Below, one piece after another: positions 55,091-64,000 of a stretch of DNA of 64,000 bases; the first letter of the stretch is position 1, and each line of letters starts with the position of its first letter. The notes under the pieces are model-generated. The model saw only the letters and a list, made by a program, of their open reading frames with translations, did not search any database and had not been told where the DNA came from. The stretch is taken from NCBI GenBank assembly GCA_964016885.1, contig OZ024756.1, forward strand, positions 21,204,001 through 21,268,000. Direction: 5' to 3'. The DNA is from Eledone cirrhosa (Eukaryota). The position numbers and the translations under genes were made by a program.

Positions 55091-55805
55091 CTTTTAACTT
55101 TCATCTTTACGTGGCCTGAAACAAAAGGTAAGGAAGTTCTGTATAATGAGAAGAGTTAAAATCAACCGTGAGCCACCGCCACCGCCAACGCCGACAGCAG
55201 GACCATCGCCACCGCCTCCAGCAGCCCTATCACCGCTCCCACCACCACCATTGCTACCTCCATCGCCTCTACTACCACCATCGCCTCCATCACCACGACC
55301 ACCTACATCACCACCACCACCCATCCACCACCACCATCGCCACCACCACCACCATTGCTTCCACCACCACCATCGCCACCACCACCATTGCTTCCACCAC
55401 CACCACCACCACCACCGCCCCATCACCGCCTCCACGACCACGAGGACCACCACCACCACCACCAAACCAGCTTATGTTAACAATATTGACCCAGACATGG
55501 TCAAGTGGCTTTTTTCGAAGTTTGATTCGCAATCAATCACGTAACATAGCTTTGGTCTTACTGCGTGATATTTTGGTCAAGTGTTTTTAACAAAGTTTTA
55601 ACATAGTTTTAACATAGTTTTAACATAGTTTCATCTCCTTCCAAGTATTGTGAATGAAATCCGACAAACTGAAACTATGGAAGCCCAGCTTTGCATGCAT
55701 ACGGTAGTGTGTACGATTGATAAAAAATATCATCTTTAATTCTCCTACTGCTGCTGCTCACTCATTCTCTATTTGTAGTTTAATCGCATCATACTATGTT
55801 ACAGG

Positions 55806-56857
<1,052 letters not shown>

Positions 56858-57684
56858 GCACTGAAATTGTAATAAAAATAATAAGCCTTAAAAAAAAAAC
56901 TGAAATTACATGTCATTTATTTTTTTTATAGGATACTTAATCTGCCGCTTGGTTTAACACTAACACCCACCTCTACCCATCGGTCTTCAAGCACCATTAT
57001 CGGACTCCGCTCCTTTACAATCATTTGAACAGGTATTCTGTTTGGGGTGCTACATAGGTCACGGGGTTTCCGACAATTTCCCTTAAACCACTCATCAGAG
57101 AATGCGCTCATTTTCACCTAAAAACACTAAAATAATAATAATGATAAAAAAGGATCTGAATAGACGACAGAAAAATCGTAAACGCTTTCAGAACATTTCA
57201 AATAAGGAAAATGTATTCTTTTTTTTTTTTAAAAGCCACCACAAAACATGACACTTTGTAACTTCGAATAAATCTTGAAAACAACACACTAATAAAAAGT
57301 AAAGAAAAACACATATAAAGTAAATTTAAAAAAAGATAAAACAAAAGCTAGAAATTGGAGAAAGGTGTGTGGGAGGAGGAGAGAGAGGAAACATTCTAGA
57401 ATGGGAATACAAAACAATAACGAACTGAAAAAAGATTTGTCTCGTATGAATAGCTTGGAAATATAAGAGAGGAGAACGTATGTACGTACGTATATATATA
57501 TATGTGTGTATATATATATGTATATACATATGTGTGAGTGTGTGTCACATGCACTGTGTGTGTACATGTGTATGTATATATGTACATACATGCATTTATA
57601 TATAGATATTTATACACACATATATATACTCTCCCTCATACATACACATATATATATCTGTATATCTATATATATATACTTCCC

Positions 57685-57751
<67 letters not shown>

Positions 57752-58357
57752 TACACACACGTGTGTGTACACACATACATACGAGAGTACGGAGATTATC
57801 AATAAAGGAATGGTGATAGAAGAAGAAAGAAAGATCAGAAGAACGTAAAACAAGGAGAAAGTTTAAATTGGTTAACAAGACCGCTTGCTGCTGTCTAGAC
57901 AACAACAACAACAATAACAGCAACAACAGCAACAATTCCTAGTACAGAACAAGAAAAACATTGAAATAACACAGATAATAAAAAGAAAATCCTCTCACAA
58001 TATCACAAAATCACACCGAAAAAAAAAATGTAACAACAACAACAACAATAACAACACTGACAGTATTGCTGAAGTAATAAAAAGTGTATGTGTGTAGGTG
58101 GAAGAAAAAAAAGGGGTTTGGGGGTTGGGATGGAAGGGTGGGTTACATATGTTTGAAAGAAAGGAAGTTTATAAATCCTTATCACCAGTATACAGACGGA
58201 AAGCAGCTGGGATGTCACAGCAAAGCGCAGCATTAAGGTCAAATGAGAAGAAAAAAATGGCGGCTTTTTCTTATATATTTTTCTATAAGAAAAAGTTGTT
58301 GGCCTCACAAATAATTGTTTATCTACGTAGGTATATATATATGTGTGCATGTGTGTG

Positions 58358-58399
<42 letters not shown>

Positions 58400-58927
58400 T
58401 GTGTGTATATATGTGTCTGTGTGTGTGTATATATGTGTCTGTGTGTGTGTATATATGTCTGTGTGTATGTATATATGTCTGTGTGTATGTATATATGTGT
58501 CTGTGTATGTATATATGTGTGTGAATGTGTGTGTATATATATATATATGTGTGTGTGTGTGAATATATGTTTATATATATATATGTGTATGTGTTTATAT
58601 ATATATATATCCCCTCTTTCTTTCATTAGACGGTGATCAGTGAAATTTATGTGTTCGAAGTGTTGCTACTTTAAAACATTCTAATTGCTTTTCTGTTGTT
58701 TTAAATGTTCTGTACTTTTTCTATTCCGGTTTTGCTTTTATTATTTCTATCATAGTTTTTTTTATAACTTCCTTCTTTGTTTTCTTTCATTGATTCTTCA
58801 AAAAAGATCCTTTAAGATCGTATTTTGAGATTTGTGTGTACATGTTGCGTTTTATCACTTCTTTCAATCCCCCCATCTCCCCCTCCCCCTCTCCCCCCTC
58901 CCCCTCTCCCCCTCTCTCTATATAACA

Positions 58928-58979
<52 letters not shown>

Positions 58980-59054
58980 ATATAATCAGTTACAACAGTA
59001 GCATTACGTAGATACTTAAGTTTCGTTGGGTTTACCACCAACTCATTCAATCTG

Positions 59055-59097
<43 letters not shown>

Positions 59098-59287
59098 CAT
59101 AACTGTTTCTACTTTTGGCACAAGGCTAGCAATTACTCAGTGCATTACTGGTACTTTATTTTATCGACCCCGTAAGGATGAAAGGCAAAGTTAACGTTAA
59201 GACATTTACTACTATATCAAGCATGTATTTCATCGACTATTCTGTTTTTATTCCGTTTACTTTTCGCATATATATATATATATAGAC

Positions 59288-59333
59288 ATAAGAAATACAT
59301 AGAGTGTGTGTACATTTTAAAGAATTGCAGACA

Positions 59334-59369
<36 letters not shown>

Positions 59370-59417
59370 TGTCTGCAACTCTTTAAAATGTACACACACA
59401 CACTATGTATTTCTTAT
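59288..59417. repeat. Inverted duplication centred on a (TA)n tract
   Basis: 59288-59340 is the near reverse complement of 59363-59417. Confidence 0.8.
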
Positions 59418-59669
59418 CTCATTTATGTTGTTACATTTACCAGGTCATTGATTCTAACCCTACATTTAATTCATTCTGTACGTCATTTGTACTTATATGC
59501 TAAACATTTATATAATTGTTATACTTTGGGAGGGTCATGTTGCCAATAAGAAACACACGCACCAGTTGCTTTCACTTCAATTTATTATAATAAATTTATA
59601 ATAAATTTATAAATTTATAAATTTCTGGTTGGTTGGTTGGTTCCACAACCAGATAGTTGTTTATATATT

Positions 59670-59712
59670 GTCATAGTTCTTTCGTCACACACTCTGTGAC
59701 CTCTTCAGTGAC
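59670..59712 (-). ncRNA. Minimal type I hammerhead motif
   Basis: GUCA CUGAAGA G GUCACA-GAGUG-UGUGAC GAA AGAACU A^ UGAC. Confidence 0.7.
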
Positions 59713-59934
59713 TGGGGATTCCTTTCTTTGTTTCTGTGCCTCTCCTTTGTTCTGTCCTACGCCATTTTGTTTCTGTGAAATTTATATAATTATATCCTAG
59801 AAATAAATTATTGAAATATCCTTCAATCTTTAATCACTTCCACGTGTCAATAATTAGAGGTTTCTCTTACGCAAATGCATATTTTGCAGTATGATTAAAA
59901 AATTAAAGTTGCCGTAATTGACGTCACTCTTAAT

Positions 59935-60170
59935 CCCAAAGCCCAGGCCTTCTCACTCTTGTTGGAGGGGCTCTTCCCTGGGCCATGTATTTCGTCAGTC
60001 TGGCCTTTGATCACCCTTTGGTTCTTTTCTACTGTCTTGGTGTCCACTCTGTTGTTCTAATAGTTTACCTGTTGTGTCTGGGACAAGAGACATGGCCATC
60101 CCATCTCTGTTTGCCCTTCTTGATGGTCTCGATTATGTCCTTCACTCCAGTCTGCTGTCGAATCCAGGTC
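59935..60170 (-). pseudogene. RTE-clade LINE 3' end
   Basis: 'WIRQQTGVKDIIETIKKGKQRWDGHVS...NR*TIRTTEWTPR'. Confidence 0.75.
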
Positions 60171-60180
60171 TATTAGTTAA

Positions 60181-60368
60181 TAATTGTTTCTACTTTTTGG
60201 CACAAGGCCAGCAATTACCCAGTGCATTACTGGTACTTTATTTCATCGACCCCGTAAGGATGAAAGACAAAGTTAACCTCACCAGGATTTGAACTCAGAA
60301 TGGAAAGGGCCGTAACTCTATGCGTCAAAGCATAGCGACCGACCCTCTACCGATACTGCCAATCCATC
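60181..60368 (-). mobile_element. SINE family A with 17-bp TSD
   Basis: gtctattagttaataat on both sides. Confidence 0.85.
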
Positions 60369-61933
60369 GTCTATTAGTTAATAATGAAGAAATAAATGAA
60401 TAAATCAGTTTTATTGCTCAACATTTCTGGACTTATATCTTTGTTAGAAATTAGTGCAATCAACCATATTCTTGAAAGTGGTGGTCCTACATCTACCACT
60501 GTCTAATGACTAAAGAAAACATTAAAAGATTAAACAGGCGGTTAATGGAATTGTAAGAAATAGCAGCCAAATCATCCTCACAATACACACAATCATTTAA
60601 AACAGAAATACACTTTAATATGAGGTCAGTTGGCATTGTAGATATAGTAGCCAAATCATTCTTAAAATACACAATCATTTCAAAAACAGAAATACATTTT
60701 AATATGAGGTCAGTCGTTATGGTAGAAATAGCAGCAAATCTCCCTCAAATTACGCTTTGTCATCTTAATAATTGTAAAGGAAGCATTATTAAATTAGGAA
60801 GTCTCTACGGAATCCCCCACCATGCTAGAAAAATCAGCCAGATAACCCTTAAATAAGATATTTTATAATCAATGAGGGTGTCTCCAGGTCATCGTTTATT
60901 ATACATATAATACATATTTCTTTCGGTTGCTGAATACAATCAGGGGTCGCTGCTTCTCCTGAAGGTCAATAGTTCTCTTCTAACTCAAGCGGGAGCCCCT
61001 TTCCATTGTCAATTTGCATTGATCATCTGCAAAGCCGCATTGTTCTCAGAACCACTACACCAATCTTTCGATGCATGCAGGTGGAACTACTGCCACCCAT
61101 TAATATAGCAGGATTTAAAAACTTTTTTTTTATGTAGATGGCCGTTGACTTTTATAAGTTCTTCTGCCCTTTGTCAGGTTTTATCTTTTGTCCTGCAGGG
61201 TGTCCTAAATCACCCTCCTCACCAAGTAAACTTGGTAAGGTTGCCGGTCGGTTTAGTCGCCGACGACCCCACCATGCGACAGGGCAACGTCTAACCTGCT
61301 AGAAATAGGAAAAAATCTTCCACAAATGAAATTTTGCCGTGTTAAATTAAGAAGGACATATTAGTGAACGATGGAGACGCTGTGTATTCCATTTATCTCA
61401 TAGAAATAGTATCAAATGTCCTCCAAATCACATCTGACCGTTTTTAATAAAGGAAAGGCATTAGATAATGTAATTCTAGATACATAATGTCTGAACACCC
61501 ATCAAATAGTAATGGGTCCGGCTAGAATTCTTTTGATCTCAGTTCTGTTACATAGGGGGCAGACCAGGGACGGGAAAACAACAATAATAACATCGTGGAA
61601 AAGTGTAGGGAATGCTTGAAATACATGGGAATAATTAGACGATTTTGGTGGATGAAATGTGATGAAAGAAGGAAAAATACGACATATGTTTAAGTAAACG
61701 ATGTGTCGGTTTTGTTGTTATAGGAACGACGTTGTGGATTTGTTTAATTTTAGTTATTGATTTAGTTATTATTTTTATTTTCTTATTGTGTATTTCTTCT
61801 TTTTTTTTACCATTGTTTCTAATTTCGTAGAAAATGAGAGAGAGAGAGGAGTGACAAGGGGAGGGGTATGAATTTAAACGTGCATGAGCTCGTCACGTGT
61901 GGAAATAGATTGGTGTAACGTACACAGCCATAT

Positions 61934-62345
61934 ATCATCATCATCAGGTCGAGCTTGCTCGGCTTTCTACGACACGTTTCCTCCATCCATCTCTGTCTCT
62001 CATAGCGTTTGCCAGTTCTTCCGCAGTGCATCCAGTATCGCCCTCAAGTTGCTTGACGTATGTCTTCTTGGGACGACCAGCGTTTCTTGCTCCATGAGAT
62101 GGACTCCATAACAACACATCACTTGCTATTTCTTCCTTGCTGCGCCAACAGTGGCCAGCAAATTTGAGTCTCTGTCCACGTATTGACCTGCTGATAGGTG
62201 GTATATTGCAATAGAGATCCTTATTTGTTGGGTGTTCCCTCCAAGATACGTTTAAAGCAGCACGGAGCATACGTGTAGCCCCGTCTAGCTTTTTCTCCAG
62301 TTTCGACGTTAGCGTCCAAGTGACAGAGCCATAAACAAGCACAGA
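61934..62345 (-). mobile_element. 5'-truncated RTE-clade LINE with an open 132-aa C-terminal frame
   Basis: 'LVYGSVTWTL...RMLRAALNVSWREHPTN...RLKFAGHCWR...GRPKKTYVKQL', followed by a (tga)n tail. Confidence 0.9.
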
Positions 62346-62453
62346 AGAAATTCCTTTTCAGTTTGGTCGGCAGGTGTGTATATAATATATTATATTATAT
62401 ACACACCCATATATAATATAATATATAACACACACACATGCATACATATATGT

Positions 62454-62488
<35 letters not shown>

Positions 62489-62490
<2 letters not shown>

Positions 62491-62695
62491 ACGAAGGAAA
62501 TGTGGTAAGGAACCAGGTGGACCATAACGCACCAAAGTACTCAATACTTAGGGTAGTAGAGTGGGTAATAGGAACGAGTAGGACCCCGACGGCTGAGCTC
62601 AAGCCGTTTCGACGGCTAATTCTGGACGGCTAATTCTGTCCAGAATTAGCCGTCGAGACGGCTTGAGCTCAGCCGTCGGGGTCCTACTCGTTCCT
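62489..62695 (-). mobile_element. Family C fold-back element
   Basis: Near-identical to 21966-22160, with a short duplication at the centre. Confidence 0.85.
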
Positions 62696-62719
62696 ATATA
62701 TATGTAGTTAATCTGTAGT

Positions 62720-62780
62720 TTCACCTGCGCACACACAGGATTATCGCCTTGTCTGATAATCCTGTGAGTGCGCAGGTGAA
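62720..62780. repeat. 26-bp-arm hairpin ending in GAA on both strands
   Basis: ttcacctgcgcacacacaggattatc / gataatcctgtgagtgcgcaggtgaa. Confidence 0.75.
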
Positions 62781-62954
62781 CCTTCAGAGCAACAAGACTC
62801 ACTACTTAGCCATAATAAATGAATATTTAAACTCTACATTGGTATTGAGTACTGTATTCTCACGCCCGTCAACTACATACGGATATATATATATATCCCT
62901 AGATACACACATCTCTCTCTCTCGCTCTCTCTCTCTCTCATATATATATATATA

Positions 62955-63155
62955 ACAAAGAATGTGTGGTAAGAAAGCAGGTGGACCATAACGCATCAGA
63001 GTACTCGATACTTAGGGTAGTAGAGTGGGTAATAGGAAAAGAGTCAGGACCCCGACGGCTGAGCTCCGGCCGTTTTGGCAGCTAGATCCGAACTGTTCGG
63101 ATCTAGCTGTCGAAACGGCCGGAGCTCAACCGTCGGGGTTCTGACTCTTTTCCTA
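62955..63155 (-). mobile_element. Family C fold-back element (12298 subfamily)
   Basis: Same centre gatccgaac-N-gttcggatc as at 12360, opposite orientation. Confidence 0.85.
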
Positions 63156-63729
63156 TATATATATAAATGCGGGGGAGGGTGTATGGTTATTTTTTTGCCT
63201 TATGTTTGCGTCAGTGGGAGGAACCCCCCTCCCCCCCACCAAAAAAAAGCTTCCCAAAAAACATGAACAAACATGAAAAAAACAAACAATTGAAAGAAAT
63301 AGTCAACTGAATAAATAAGTGAAACTACAAACAACGTATTACTATGTTTACTGTCTAAATATATTCATTTTCATTCTTAGAGCTTTCTGTTTCAACTTTC
63401 TATTAACCCCACCACCACCACCACCATCATCTTCGCTCTTATCTCTCTATCTCTGTGTCTTTTACTTTTCCTGTGTCGCCTGGAATTTTCATCTTGTCCC
63501 TCTGCCTGCCTGCCTGCATGTCTGTCTGTCTGTCTACTACCTGCCTGCCTGCCTGTCTCTCTGCCTGTCTGTCTACTACCTGCATGCCTGCCTGCCTGTC
63601 TCCCTGTCTGTCTGCCTGTCTCCCTGTCTGTCTCTTTCTCTGTCTGTTTCAGTCTTAGTTCTGACTTCTTTCGTATGTCATTCATTCTTTTCCTTCTTTC
63701 TCGTTTGACTTCTGTATTCTTCTTTCCTC

Positions 63730-63800
<71 letters not shown>

Positions 63801-64000
63801 GTCTCTCTCTCTCTCTCTCTCTCTCTTCAGTAGTGTTCGTTCGTGTCTGTGAGTATATGTGTGTGTTTTTGTATGTATGTATGTGTGTGTGTGTGTGGTT
63901 TGATTTCATTCTGACTCCGTTCTTCCTTTCCATTTGTCTGTCTTCTTCTTCTCCTTCTTTTTCTTCCACTTTTTCTTCCTCTTTTTTTATTTTCTTTTTC

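Noticed and set aside
57055-57105. Minus-strand CUGAUGA...GAAAC
   Set aside because: No convincing stems I or II and no UH site; likely chance

Overview
A 64-kb, AT-rich, repeat-saturated eukaryotic window. The tRNA-derived SINEs, RTE relics and huge (TA)n/(CA)n/(GA)n/(TAG)n tracts resemble an octopus (coleoid cephalopod) genome; this is an inference. I found no convincing host protein-coding gene, and almost all ORF-track entries are microsatellite translations. Recognisable coding remnants all come from transposons: four RTE LINE 3' ends, an R4/Dong-like relic, a CRE-like C-terminus, a mariner relic and a Penelope GIY-YIG C-terminus. The main signal lies in the short unique islands between (TA)n tracts. 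By hand I folded about 20 complete or near-complete type I hammerhead ribozyme (HHR) motifs, from many unrelated short-element families on both strands. Several families keep variant cores in every copy (UUGAAAA = U3:A8 covariation; CAGAAGA = U4A). Many elements are fold-backs whose inversion point lies inside the ribozyme. One HHR sits about 90 bp after a GIY-YIG C-terminus, linking the set to Penelope-like elements (PLEs) associated with (TA)n. Also present are a degenerate HDV-like ribozyme candidate, MITEs, and minisatellites expanded inside mobile elements. All structures were folded by eye, activity is untested, and repeat boundaries are approximate.
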